Part shown: piece by piece, positions 1 to 11,930 of the stretch | Layout of the letters: each line of letters starts with the position of its first letter | Position numbering within the stretch: the first letter of the stretch is position 1 | NCBI GenBank assembly: GCA_052327205.1 | Contig: CM126204.1 | Location: forward strand, 266,290,001 to 266,354,000 | Source of the DNA: Somniosus microcephalus | Taxonomy: Eukaryota | Direction of reading: 5' to 3' | Length of the DNA stretch: 64,000 bases | Translations under genes and position numbers: made by a program | The notes under the pieces: generated by a model | What the model was told of the DNA's origin: nothing | Database searches by the model: none | Seen by the model: the letters and a program-made list of their open reading frames with translations, nothing else

Positions 1-44
1 GATTTTTCCTTTTCTGTTCTGCAGCTTCAACACACGACGGTGAC

Positions 45-131
45 ATTTTAGCATTTGGCGATAAGTGTAAACAGGGCGATATCGGATCAGCCGCCCATTA
101 TACACAGCTAAACAAAAGTTAAAATGATCCC
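45..131. mobile_element. Right part of a short palindromic MITE (same family as 42243-42390 and 44807-44993)
   Basis: Shares motifs GTGTAAA..GGCGAT..CAGCCGCCCATTATACAC and the terminal AAAGT(T/C)AAAAT(G/C)..CCC with the other copies. Confidence 0.5.
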
Positions 132-211
132 TGGTGTTTCTTACAGTACTGTCCACCCTGGTGAATGGCAATCCATCACCTGATTCTGTCAGTAGCAATC
201 TGTTTAGCATT

Positions 212-663
212 GGTGTCAGCCGTGGCTCGGTGGTAGCACTCTCACCTCTTAGTCAGAAGGTTGTAGGTTCAAGCTCCATTCCAAGACTTCAGCACATAAT
301 CTCGGTCAACACTCCAGTGCGGTACTGAGGGAGTGCTGCCCTGTCGTAGGTGCTGTCTTTCAGGTGAGACAATAAACTGAGGCTCCGTCTGCTCTCACAG
401 GTGTACATAAAAGATGCCGGAACACTATTCAAAGAAAAGCAGGGAGTTCTCCTGGTGCCCTGTCCAATATTTCTCCCTCAACCAACACCACTGAAACAAT
501 TTAATTGGTCATTTATCTCATTGTTATTGGTGGGATCTTGCTGTACACAAACTGCCGTGTTTCCCTACATTACAACAGTGACTACACTTTCAAAAGTAAT
601 GTGACGTGCTTTGGGATGTCCTGAAGTTCTGAAAGGTGCTATATAAATGCAAGTTCTTTCTTT
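212..663 (+). mobile_element. tRNA-derived SINE (SacSINE1/DeuSINE-like), near full length
   Basis: tRNA-like head (TGGCTCGGTGG A-box, GGTTCAAGC B-box), central GAGGGAGTGCTG..CTGTCG domain, L2-type tail GCTATATAAATGCAAGTTCTTTCTTT. Confidence 0.85.
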
Positions 664-669
664 TGGTTT

Positions 670-1260
670 CAAAGTTCTTTAATTTCCTTCTCAATATGTC
701 CTTATAACTGTTGAACAGTCCTGTATGGGAATACCTACCCTCTTTCAGCTGGATGTAGAAGACTGTATACTTTGGGTAGGATTTCCTGATCTCATGATAG
801 TTTTGCACATTCAAGAATTTCCACTTGCTGTTTGGTGGATAGTTTGAATCTCTGAGCATTCATCTGCAAACATGGTCAAACAGACACTGTCCACATTAAA
901 ACACAGCATACATGATAACCATCCATTAGCAGTAATCCTCAAGGTGGCCCCAACCACCTTAGCTGAGCCTTTAGCAGCATTGCCTTGGTCCCTGAAAAGC
1001 CACCATGATCCAGTACCACACTCTTTACAATATTATTCATGATGGTGTGGAGATTGCAGAGATGGAAGCTTTTGAGATGCTTGATATGACATTTTTGGAC
1101 AGTTCAAGTCTCAAGGCAAAATAAAAGAACTGCCAGACCCAATGCTTTAACCTTGGACTTGGATTATCAGGCAATGTGCTTCCTATACACATTTCCTCAG
1201 ACAGCCGACAGGCCTTCCTTGACAATTAAACCCTTCCTTGTCCAGAGATGCATCTGATGT
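670..1260 (-). mobile_element. Old degenerate RTE-like LINE 3' fragment
   Basis: Minus-strand translation FYIQLKEGRYSHTGLFNSYKDILRRKLK resembles the RTE ORF C-terminal motif (FYxxLxxGxRxxGxxxxRxKDxLK). Boundaries approximate. Confidence 0.45.
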
Positions 1261-1379
1261 CTGGGTAGGTAACAACAAACCAAAGTCACTGACTAAAGTA
1301 GTGCTAATTGGGCGATACTGGGTCTACTCACAGAGAGTGAATCAACCCGAAGCACTTTGGGCATGAATTTTTTCAAATA

Positions 1380-1740
1380 AGAACTAGCATTTATATAGCA
1401 TTTTGTCAAGTCCTCTGGACATCCCAAAGCACTTCACATCCAATGAACTATTTGTTGAAGTCTATTCACTGTAGTTATTTAGGCAAATATCTGGAATTCT
1501 CTCCCCCAAAAGGCTGTGGATGCTGGATCAATGGAAATTTTCAAGACTGAGAACAGCAATTTTTTTATTAGGTAAGGGTATCAAGGGAATGGACCTAAGC
1601 AGGTAAATAGATTTGAGGTACAAATCAGTCATGATCTATTTGATTGGCGGAATGGGCTTGAGGGGCTGAAGGGCCTACTCCTGTTCCTATGGAAATATAG
1701 TAGCCAATTTGTGTACAGCAAAGTCCCATGACAGCAACTC
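1380..1740 (-). mobile_element. SINE/L2 tail on the minus strand interrupted by a CR1 3' tail (+, ~1490-1691)
   Basis: ACTAGCATTTATATAGC..CATCCCAAAGCACTTCAC is the reverse complement of the SINE tail and resumes at 1692 (GGAAAT..AGCCAATTTGTGTACAGCAAAG). The insert ends GGCCTACTCCTGTTCCTATG, a CR1 tail. Confidence 0.7.
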
Positions 1741-3351
1741 ACGTGTGTCCTGCCTCATGGCTTTTGGTAGATGAGCAGCCACGGTCTAGGGCTGGAGTTA
1801 AAATGCAAACATAAAATAAAGCAGCATAGTCATCTAGTGGGAGGGGAAGGGGAGAGGAGGAGTTGTGTATGTATTTTCTGGTGGTCTGGTAAGGGAGGAT
1901 GCAGTCATATTCTATTGATAATCTAATCAAGGAAATTATGTTTGTATTCCATAGAGATCAATGAAGACAAAGTGCACGATAATTTCTATAGCAGTCTAGT
2001 GAAGGGTGGAGGAGGGCATATAATCCCTGGTGGCCACGTGGCACATACACTTCTGTTGGGCAGTTTAGTGGGGAGGGATTCTATTTTTTCTGTTGGTGGT
2101 ATTAGTTGAGTGATTGAGGAGGAGGGAGTGTGCATGATCTCTTGTGTTGCAGTGGTGTCATTTTCTCAGTACTGCCAGTGTAGAGCGGACATTTTTCATT
2201 TTTATCAGCAGTACAGTGTCGGGATCATTCGTGACTCTGGGGATGGGGAAAGGGACCTGTCAGCCTGCGGCATTGGTCTCCAAGTTTGACTTTCAGCATT
2301 AGAATTTTACAGACTCTAAAAAGGAAATGAACATCTCCATCCATACACACACCCACAAATCTGACATTCATTCCTGTAGCATTGGTTAAACAAGGTGATT
2401 AGTATATTACACTGTAGTGAGGAAGCTACTTCCCTTCGCACTTTGAACCCTGTGAGGCAGGCTGAGCAACTAAAGCAGTTTGGTGTACTGAGTGAAAATT
2501 GTCAAGCTGGTTGTGAAATACTCTCCTTACCTTTAAGTTGTGTGGGTTTTGGTGAACATCAATCCAGCCGCCTGGTATAATACTGCAGAAATGTCAATTC
2601 AGTTAAAGAACATTTTATTAAGCCATAGCAAAGAAAGCTTTTGTCTCAGTTTCCACCTGCAACTCCAAAGTGGGTGCTACAACAGAACCTTTTCTTCATC
2701 TCTTAACTTCTAGTTCCCAAAGATATGCACCTCTATAGGCAGTGGCGAGGATCTATATGTGTAGTTGATATTGTATATATGATTGCATCAGGCTGTAAAA
2801 ATAGTTTTATCTGAGGCAAGTTTTTTTTGCACAAGGGTTTTTACATATCGATTGCAAAGTTAATGTGATGGGTGAAAGCAGCAACATTGTAGAAAACAAT
2901 TAAGACTGATATTGTTAGAGTAGTGGTCTCTGGACCATTTAAATGAACCCAAGTTATTGTGAAACAATGCTGGCATTTCCCTTCAGTCATTAAACATGTT
3001 ACAAGTTCTGTCTCTAATAACTGGTTAAATATTAAAGCTCTATTTCCCAGTCAGTGGTTGCTGTGCAATTAAAGTATCCACACAGTCTATGACAAGAATA
3101 TATGGCGTTCTGGGGGAATTCACAACATGGGTGGGTCCAGACTTTTTTGTCATTTGTTTTATTTTCATTTCCAGGTCGCAGATCAACATACCCAGCCTGG
3201 CAGACACATGTTGCAGCATCTTGTAACCTCCTCCTTGTTAGCCTGATAATATTACCATATCTATCACACAGTTCATGTGCAACATACATAGGAAAGCCGT
3301 CGGCTACCTGTACAAGGGCAAAGGTACAAGCAGTGTTTATAGTGTAGCTGA

Positions 3352-3482
3352 GACAAAGGGTCACAGACCTGAAACGTTAACTCTGTTTTTCTCTCTCCAC
3401 GGATGCTGCCTGACCTGCTGAGTGTTTCCAGCATTTTCTGTTGTTATTTCAGATTTCCAGCATCCGCAATATTTTGCTATTG
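3352..3482 (+). mobile_element. Penelope-like pseudo-LTR fragment with the 3' half of a hammerhead motif
   Basis: GGGTCACAGACCTGAAACGTTAACTCTG..GATGCTGCCTGACCTGCTGAG..CCAGCATTTTCTG. Same family as the inserts at 22336, 34682 and 58783. Confidence 0.75.
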
Positions 3483-5396
3483 CTTCTTTTATATTTTATG
3501 CTATTGCGTCTCCAGATGATAAACCTCAGCAGAGTCACCGATCCACTGAGGGGGTTTTGTTCAAATCTCTTTGATTGCCATTGCTAATTGACCCTTTTCT
3601 CAGACTCCGCCTGTGGCGAAGAAAGATCATTTAGCCAGTTTTATTTTATTGACAGAGGCAGGGTTTACAATCCAAAGAGAGTTAAAATTTGTTGTTCGGG
3701 TCCTCCCTTAATGGCATATCGTCACCTGGTGACTGTTGAGTAACAGACAACAAATTCTGTTATTTCTAAAGCTGTAAATCGATGCAGTGTATGTGTTAAG
3801 GCTTATCAATTATTAATTTAGAGCAGTATCGTTGTATTATTTTAACTTAAAATAGTATTTGTAGTGAAGAATGTGTGCAATTGTCAGATCTTGTTGCTGT
3901 TTTAGTACCTGCCATTCCAGTGCAGACTTGGTGTAAACATGGCTGACAGGTTAATGGTTAAACATACTGTTTGCACTCCCATTAATTTGGCTGCAGCAGC
4001 ACAATAGCAACAGCTGATGAAAGTACAGGCTTATAAAGAAAGGGCGGTTAACAGTTCAAGACCTTGCTATAACATGCCCATCAAAAATATGCTGTACAAA
4101 AGGCTAGGCATACTTGATCAGTCAAAAAGTTTGAATCTGCAATCTTATTCTAAAAACGATTAAACATTATTAAAAGCAATACGGTATTTTACTTTCAAAC
4201 TAAATTACAAATTATTAATTCTCATTCCAAGTTTTTGGTTATCTTGTTGCTCTGCCCTTATTTTTAGCTATGTCTTCATCAGGTCATGTACATCATTAGT
4301 TTTCTCTTTTGTTTGCAAACAGCCAACATATCAATTATGCTGAACTGCATCATTACAACACTGGTGCAAAGTGCCATTATGATGAAAATGATTCGTAGAT
4401 ATTCTAACCCTATCCAAATGAAAAAAATGTTTACCAAGCAGCTTCTCCTGAAGATGGTACCCTGACGATGTTTTTTACTCCTTTAAACCTAGTTTTTATG
4501 AGCTTAGGACTTCAAATCAAAATCTTTTTTCTATGTCATGCCTATAGTATTGTGGTGTAGTGGGCATCATAAAAGCAACACACAATGTTTAGAAAGCATA
4601 TGGGTACTGCAGTAACAGCTTGTTGAGGGGCACAAATTCCTCCTCTGTCCCATGTTTGTTAAGGTCTCAACAGATTCTGTTATGGAGAAGGGGTGCGTAC
4701 AGCTGACCTGCATATCAACCTGATCCTTTTGTGATTCTCTATAGTTTATAATATGGTCAAATAATTATTAGTGTTCGTTGGGTTCAAGTTCCCACTTTCC
4801 AGAAAGTACATTTTTGTACTTTGAAGAAAGCCCTAAAAATTCTGAAGTGGCATGAAGTTAGTAAGTTTAAAAGGCAATGGGTCAGTAATTCCTCCCCAAA
4901 CGCGTGAGTACGGAAGGGGTACTCACGCGTCTGGCCGGAGGAAATGCCGGTTTTCAGCATGCACAGCGCATGCGCTGAAAACCGGCATTTCCTCTCCTCT
5001 AACCCAAGAGGTGAAGAGGCTAGCGCGTGCGCTGTAGGGGGCAGCGCGTGCGTCTTGGATTTCCTCTGTTTTGGGGGATTTGCGCATGTGTAAAGGCCTC
5101 CGGTCTTTACGCTTGTAAAAAGCACATGTATTTATTTTTACAGGTAAGTGGTGTTTTAGTGCAATTTAGAATTTTTTTTCCACAGGTTTATTATTTTAAA
5201 GAATCTACAATAAGGTAAGTTTAGTTTTAGACCCTTTTTATTAAAAATTTATTTTTTTCAAAAAAAAAAATTATTGTTTAAATTATTTTTTTTAGCTTAT
5301 TTATACTTAATTTAAGGATTGGGATGTTTTTTAAATTTTTATTTAAAGTTTAAATAGTGTTTTGGGCCCCCGTAGTTTTCATGAGTTTGACAGTTC

Positions 5397-8214
5397 TGTA
5401 AGAATTTGCAATAATTTACAGTTCTGAAGATCAATTTTTTGGACATGGGGGAGAAGGTTCCCAGCCAGCTGGGGCTGTGACCCAAGCTCAGGGTCCGCCA
5501 GCCAAAGTTTCCCCCATAGAGACACCCCTCAGGAGGTCTCAGCGGGTGCCCCAGCCTAAGAAAGCATGGTCACCCACTTTACAGTGGAGTAAGGCGGACT
5601 CCTGAACCAGGGAGAAGACAAAGAACAGAGGCCCCCACTCAACAGCCATAAGCTGCGAGGGACCAGAGACAGGAGGCAGTCCAGCTTCGCTGCAGCCAGC
5701 AGCAATCTGTGACACTGCCAGAGATCAGTCTGGCCGTCCGGAGACGGGCGGCATTTATATTATAGCTATGTGTGTGAATATAGCGTGCTTTTAAGGTGTA
5801 TTTTAAATTTTAGTTTTCATATAACCAGTTTTAAGTTTAAGTTTAAAGAGTTTAAGTTTACATGTGTGCCGAATGTTTGTATTTTGGTCCGAGGTCAAGG
5901 GACCCGACCATGTCTCCACCTAAGGCAGCAGGTCAGTGAGACCTGGCTGCATGTCCTTTTAAGTTTTGCAGGAGATGGGAAAATGAAGCAGCCATGTTCG
6001 CCCAGCCCGAGCTGGACATCGAATGAAGATACGGAATGTTGGGGATCACCTCACCACTGGACGAATCCAGGAGACCCCGCAGCGATTTTCGGGAAAAACC
6101 GGACAGAGTCCGGAGGAACTTGCCTACTCCTCCTACGGGGAGGAGATGGCCCCAGCTGGGTGGGGCACGGCCCCCAACCCAGCACTATCATGACCGAAGT
6201 TCACGTGCGGGAGACCTCGCTGTTGAGGAGTCACGATGGGGAAGCGCGGGTGCCTTGTGATAGGGACACGTTCCCCAGGGGTGGGTGGTGATGGCCCGGG
6301 AAGATTGTATAGAGGAGGGGGAGACCCAAGAGTCACGTGGGTGTGGTCGGGGGAGGGAGGAACTCACCCGGGGTCCACAGGCAAAGAGGATAAGTGTGGC
6401 TGGGAAGGATGAGTGGGTGGCTGGATCAGTGTGGGGCCAGGGAGACCCGCCACACAGGCACCCATCATTTTCTGCAGCCAGTCGAGGGAAGACGGGAGGG
6501 GGAGGGACTGGGAGTCATGAGATCCCATACTCCCCGGTCTCGGTCTGTGCCAAGGTCATTTTAAATGTGAGGGGTACCCCGCCTCCACAAAGGGACAAGG
6601 GAACGGTTCGGGGCTGGCGGAGCAAGCTGGTCGGTAAATCCATTCTGCCTGTTTTAAAGTTTAAGACGATCAAAGGGGGGTGGAAGGTACTTTTACTGCC
6701 CGAGTGGGAGGAGCAATGCCCACTCGAATTTCGCGACCCATCATCGGCACGTGATGATCGGGGTTCATTTAAGCATGTTGTTTAATGATTTTTTTGTATT
6801 TTGTGTTGCAGCCCCAAGTTGAGCAGAGGCGTAGGATCCTCTCCGTGCTTGCGACCAGTTTGTGACAACTCCAAGTTGAGCAGAGGCGTAGGACCCTCTC
6901 CATGCTTGGGATCATTTTGATTACATTGTGTAACTAAGATTGCAACATTTTGTAATAACTTATGATGTAAAAAAAAAGTGATTGTAAATTTGGTTTACAC
7001 TGTATAATTTTACAAGCGTGTAGGGGTATGAGACCCCTTGTTGAAAACTGAAGTATCTGTAAGATGCCTACCATACCATGGTTTTTTTTTCTTGAATTTA
7101 AGGGGAATAGACGGGACGGGGATCAGTGGCAGATAGCTATTAGGTAAATACAGGGGATGGTTGTTTGTGAGGGATCAGAAATTATTGCTCATTTCTTCAA
7201 GAGGATACTACAAGCAAGCTGGAAGTATCCAAGGGCGGACTGTAAGAATTCGCAATAATTTACAGTTCTGAAGATCAATTTTTTTGATTAAAGAATCCCT
7301 GGGTGTTGTGCTTTTAAATTTCCAGGGATAAAAATGGCTGTCGCACCACATGGCCGAAGACAAAAGAGGCTTGGAATGCAGCTTTCTGTGTCTGGAAGTA
7401 AGGTTCAATGAAGACAAAGGACAATGCTTTGTTTACAAAGCAACTGAATGCTATTAGCATTTGTTTGTATATCGAGTGGATACATCTAAACTGCAGAAGA
7501 GACTTTTGTACCTTGAATGGGAAACGTTTAAGAATTGAATGGGTCTAAATCACTTAGCATTCTGGACAATAGAGCAGTTGTATTTCTCTTTTGTTTCAGC
7601 CCAGGGAGCTCCGGAAGACGCATTAATCCAGTCCAACCACTCTGAGGTAGCCAATCACAGCTTTCTCTTGTGTATTGGACCCTTTTGGGCGGGGAATTTT
7701 GCACACAGCCCTTGCAAGGCAGAACGGCAGGGGCCTCACCAGGTATAAAGATAGTGACTGAGAAGCTATCTCGCTCTCTTACTTCGCTGGATCACAGGTG
7801 AGCAGAGTTTCTGACTCCTCAACAAGGCAACCTAGCAGGAGTTAAAGGGTGGTGATTTAAGGGTATTGCTAAGATTGTTTAAATAACATTGTAGCCATTG
7901 TATCCCTCGTTTTCGCCGTCTGCAACCCCCTGTTATATAGTTTTACTGTAATTACTGTGTTCGTGTGGTATAGTTTATTCTTTGGATTGTAGTTTATTTA
8001 GGTAATAAAACTTGATTTTTTTCTCTCATCCAAACTACGTGTCTGTTTTAATATCAATAATTATAAGTTCCTCCACTCAGAACTAAAGGAGGGGTAGCGA
8101 TTCGGAACCGCTGTTTTAAAATTGGTTTTATTGGAATTGGTCTGATTGCAGGCAAAGGCTGCAAGACCAGAAAAATTACTTTAAACCAGTTTCAAGAAGC
8201 CCCCAACCCTTACA
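5397..8214 (+). mobile_element. Internally deleted LTR retroelement (Gypsy/ERV-like): 45-bp remnant of 5' LTR, integrase tail, ~1.6-kb 3' internal region, complete 3' LTR
   Basis: TGTAAGAATT..TACAGTTCTGAAGATCAATTTTTT occurs at both 5397 and 7241. The element ends CCTTACA at 8214, with a GTTC 4-bp TSD on both sides. Purine-rich AAGGGCGGAC precedes the 3' LTR, and ETPLRRSQRVPQP* at ~5520-5605 resembles a Gypsy integrase C-terminus. Confidence 0.8.
7241..8214 (+). repeat. 3' LTR (~974 bp, TG...CA)
   Basis: TGTAAG start and CTTACA end form a terminal inverted repeat. CCAAT at ~7651, TATA-like GTATAAAG at ~7743, AATAAA at ~8004. Confidence 0.8.
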
Positions 8215-8907
8215 GTTCTTACACTCAAACTCATGAATGAACCTTCCCCACCCCTGATTGGTTGTACAGTGCTCACCTGATCCCAGCCGGCACATCGCAC
8301 TAACTACACCGCTGGATCAGGTAAGCACTGTGCGCTGACATCTGAACCGGGCCTGTGACAGGAAATGCAAGCAGGCCCGGGCTTCAGATGTCAGCGCGCA
8401 GGGTGAGTGCAGATCGGAGGCTTGCACGCGCGGCAAGCCCCCGACACCAAGTTCTGGGCCATTAACTTCAGAAAAAGGTTCTTTAGCAAAACTTTTGCTG
8501 TGGGGTGGTACAAGGGGGATCTGCAACTTTTGTCATAACATTGTCATCCATAATTGTTCCAGTAATGTATACTTAAATCATCACGCTGTGTAGTTGTAAA
8601 CAAAAAATACTTCCCAACACTTTATCATTGAAGATTGTCCCTTTTAAATCTTTTGAACAATCTATTGCAGTGCTCAAGCCCAGGGAATATGATTTCACAG
8701 AGCTCTCAAAATATTGGTTTCACTGCTGCAGTAGAATGTTTGTGGCCCACAAAAGTATGTCTGGCTGGAGTCTATGGCAAAACCATCATCTGTTTCATCT
8801 AATCTTGAAATTCCTTCAAGATTGTATTTAAGCTGTGATATGAATAAAAGAACATTGAGAAAAGATTTCCTTCTTATGGTGTAATTGTAAATGCTTCTAT
8901 GACTTTG

Positions 8908-9418
8908 CTTGAGTTTGGCTCAGTTGTAGCACTCTCAATTCTGGGTCCGAAGGTTGTGGGTTCAAGCCCAGCTGCAGGATTTTTGCACATAATCTAACAT
9001 GCATCAGTGCTGCATTGAGGGAGTGTTGTATTGAGGGAGTGTTGCATTGAGGGACTATTGCATTGAGGGAGTGCTGCATTGAGGGATTGTTGTATTGAGG
9101 GAGTGCTGCATTGAGGGATTGTTGTATTGAGGGAGTGTTGCATTGAGGGACTATTGCATTGAGGGAGTGCTGCACTGTTGAAAAAGATTCAATGGGGTTC
9201 TCTGGCCAACATTCTTCCTTCAAACAACGCTGCTAAAAACAAATTAAATGGTTACTCATCTCATTTGTTGTTTGTGGGAACTTGCTGTGCACAAATAGAC
9301 AGCCACATTTCTCCAAATAACAGCAGTGACTGTATTTCAATAAGTAATTAATTGGAGAAGTGCTTTGAGGCATCCTGAGAGACCATGATAAGCTGCTATA
9401 TAATCACAAGTTATTTCT
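8908..9418 (+). mobile_element. SacSINE1/DeuSINE-like SINE with internal 16-bp tandem expansion
   Basis: tRNA-like head and L2-type tail as in 212-663; (GTGCTGCATTGAGGGA)-like unit x ~10.5 at 9007-9177. Confidence 0.8.
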
Positions 9419-10722
9419 CATAAATTCTGTCATTTGGATTAAGGTTGATATTAAAATAGTTTAACCATTAGGTTCTCTTTCAACAATTAAACAGTAACAT
9501 CAAGATTTGTTTTTTTCTTACTCCATAGTTTTTTTGATGTTTATTGAAATAGTGAATATTAGTGATATCATTGGGGGAACTACCTTGGAGAGGATACTGA
9601 ATCTGATGGGACAGATGATCACTGTGTGAGTCCCAAGCAGACGTTTGTGCTCTCCATGCAAAAATATGAGTTTATGTAGGGCCATCAACCTGTGTCCAAG
9701 AGCACGCATGTTTTTCTGAACGTTCTGAAAGTTCACTAATGTATACGGTAATGTCTTGCGATGACTGTGTTGTGCAACAACACTTGCCTGAGCAGCCATT
9801 TTGTTATTTACCCAAGCCAGGAAATCGACCTTCCCTTCCATATTTGTAAAATTATTAATTATTTTCTTTTTAAATGAAAGTCTTCTCTCCATAGTAGCTG
9901 AATTCTCTTATAAATTACTTCCTTTAGATTGATGGCAAAAGGGACACTACACACAGATCAGACAGACCTGCTACAACTGGATCTGATCTGTGTGCAGAGC
10001 TGGAATCTCCTCTTGTGCTATACCAAGAAATCACAACCCTTGGCACAGGAACTCTCACATAACTGATTAAAGCTGGCACACCTACCATCTAAACACATGC
10101 ATAAGCTTCCATGAGCCTGCCCTTGTGGGTGGAGCAATTGTTGGTTATGAAACTGATTCGCAATCGACACAGGGAGTGCTGCGGCTGGCTCTGGGATTCA
10201 ACTGTTTATGGCCCAAAAAAAATGGATTGTCTCAGAATCATGGTTCCTATAAATACAGCAAATACTGAAAAAGCATTATACAACTTAAACCTGGACTCTC
10301 TACAAGTATATTGTATGGTTGCCTTTAAAACCATCGACAAAGTCATTTTTCAAACCTCTTTGCGGACTTTCTTTCTTAGTGATACTGAGAACTTCAGCAC
10401 CTGGTCGTGAAGATAATGTATTTTACAAAGTGCAATTAAAAGAAGGTAAATACACCAATGTTTTATGGCACTAATAATTAAACTGAATGGTGCTGGATCT
10501 CCTGGCAGTGAGTGTGTAGAACCAAGAAAACCTGTTATTGTTTCGTGCAACTCTTTGTCACCTCCCTGAAACAGCTGACATCCATTACTAGTAAATGTAA
10601 CCGCGACTGGGAGAAAGCCCTGATTTGCTGCAGTTTCCCAACCACGGAGCCTGGCATTGTGTGATTTGTGAATATCATACACCTCCACCAATTGGAACAT
10701 ATTTGAGCTGGATTTGTTTGTA

Positions 10723-10902
10723 TGGGGGTAACTCAACTCACCCAGTGGGAAACCAGGGATCAGGTGGCATGCTGGTTTTACGCCTCACCCAATATTGCTC
10801 TGCACTGACTTCAATGGAAAGTAAAATCCGGCGGGGTGTAAAACCAGCATTGCACCCGATCTCAGCAGTTTCCCAACAGATGGGTTAAATTAAAATGACT
10901 CC
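10723..10902. mobile_element. Palindromic MITE
   Basis: Arms ATGCTGGTTTTACGCC / GGTGTAAAACCAGCAT and TGGGAAAC / GTTTCCCA around a central GACTTCAATGG. Confidence 0.6.
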
Positions 10903-11299
10903 CTGTTTCTGTCAGAAGGATTTGTTGTTATTGCATGACTACCAACGCCACACTCCGCGTTCTACTTGGTTCCGTTTGGTTACAGGCTCTTAGCTGTCCA
11001 CTTTTATTACAGTGCTGTTAGCAACATCACGTGCCAATTGGGAGCTGCAGACATACAGGAACACAAGCATGCATGGAACAAATAATGGTCGTCTTAACCA
11101 ATCCTTTCCCAGACCATCTGCAGTCATGATGTTAACCCAACTCGTTTTATCTTCAGAGAAAAGGTGCAACAACATTTCTCTGAAAGATTAATGGAACAAA
11201 AACTCCAGAACATTTACCCAGCCTTCACTTCTGATGTGACTCACCCTTCATGTGATATTTCCATGGTGCCAGCAGCTCAGCAACGATCATATTCAAAAC

Positions 11300-11930
11300 A
11301 GCCTATCTGTACTTATTCTTTATGACTTGTAATCCCATTGCTAACCAAATATTCATCCAACTCTTTTTTTTGAAGATGTCAAACAGAGCATTAGCCACTT
11401 TAACTGCAAGTCTCTACTACACATCCAATACTCTGGGGGGCAAATCCTTCTAATCTGAAATCTTGCCAATTTTATATTCATGTCCTCTAATGCTGCATTT
11501 ATATTCTAAGTAAAAAAAAAATCAATTTTTCTCAGTATTTTAAAAACCTGATCCCATCCGTTCTTAACCCTTTTTTCTAATAGAAACATGCTCACTTATG
11601 AGCTTCACTTCATAATAGTTTAGAGTCTGAATCCCAAAATTTCCCTCTTCAGTACATCAATGTGTTTTTGAATATAAAACACCTAAAGTTGTGAATGATA
11701 TTTGAAATGTGGCTTCAATAATGATTTCAACAAGACTAAAACAACTTGTTTCAACTTCCAGTTAATTGCCTTTGTGATGTATTCCACTGTCTGATTAAGC
11801 TTGTTGACCAGGTTCACTCTAATCGGAAGCATTCAACATATGCTCAAAAATATCACATCAAATCCTTTCCATTTCTCTTTTACTCCTTTGGATAGCCCTT
11901 CATCATGTATATAGGTTTCATTTTCCCATT
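11300..11930 (-). mobile_element. Very old CR1 3' fragment
   Basis: Degenerate reverse-complement CR1 motifs (ATATTCATCCAACTC, TCATGTCCTCTAATGC, AGTATTTTAAAAACCTGATC). Confidence 0.4.

Larger units (their letters stand above)
4879..8460. mobile_element. GC-rich multi-hairpin non-autonomous element (probably a DNA transposon) hosting an LTR insertion
   Basis: Left end GGGTCAGTAATT is homologous to 63526. Right end AAGTTCTGGGCC is homologous in reverse to 62201. The centre is AT-rich, and host halves 4879-5396 and 8215-8460 rejoin into a hairpin (TTCATGAGTTTGA / TCAAACTCATGAA). Confidence 0.7.

Noticed and set aside
212-300. tRNA gene
   Set aside because: A/B boxes are present but there is no cloverleaf, and the sequence continues into a SINE body. 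The same applies at 8908, 42596 and 46567.
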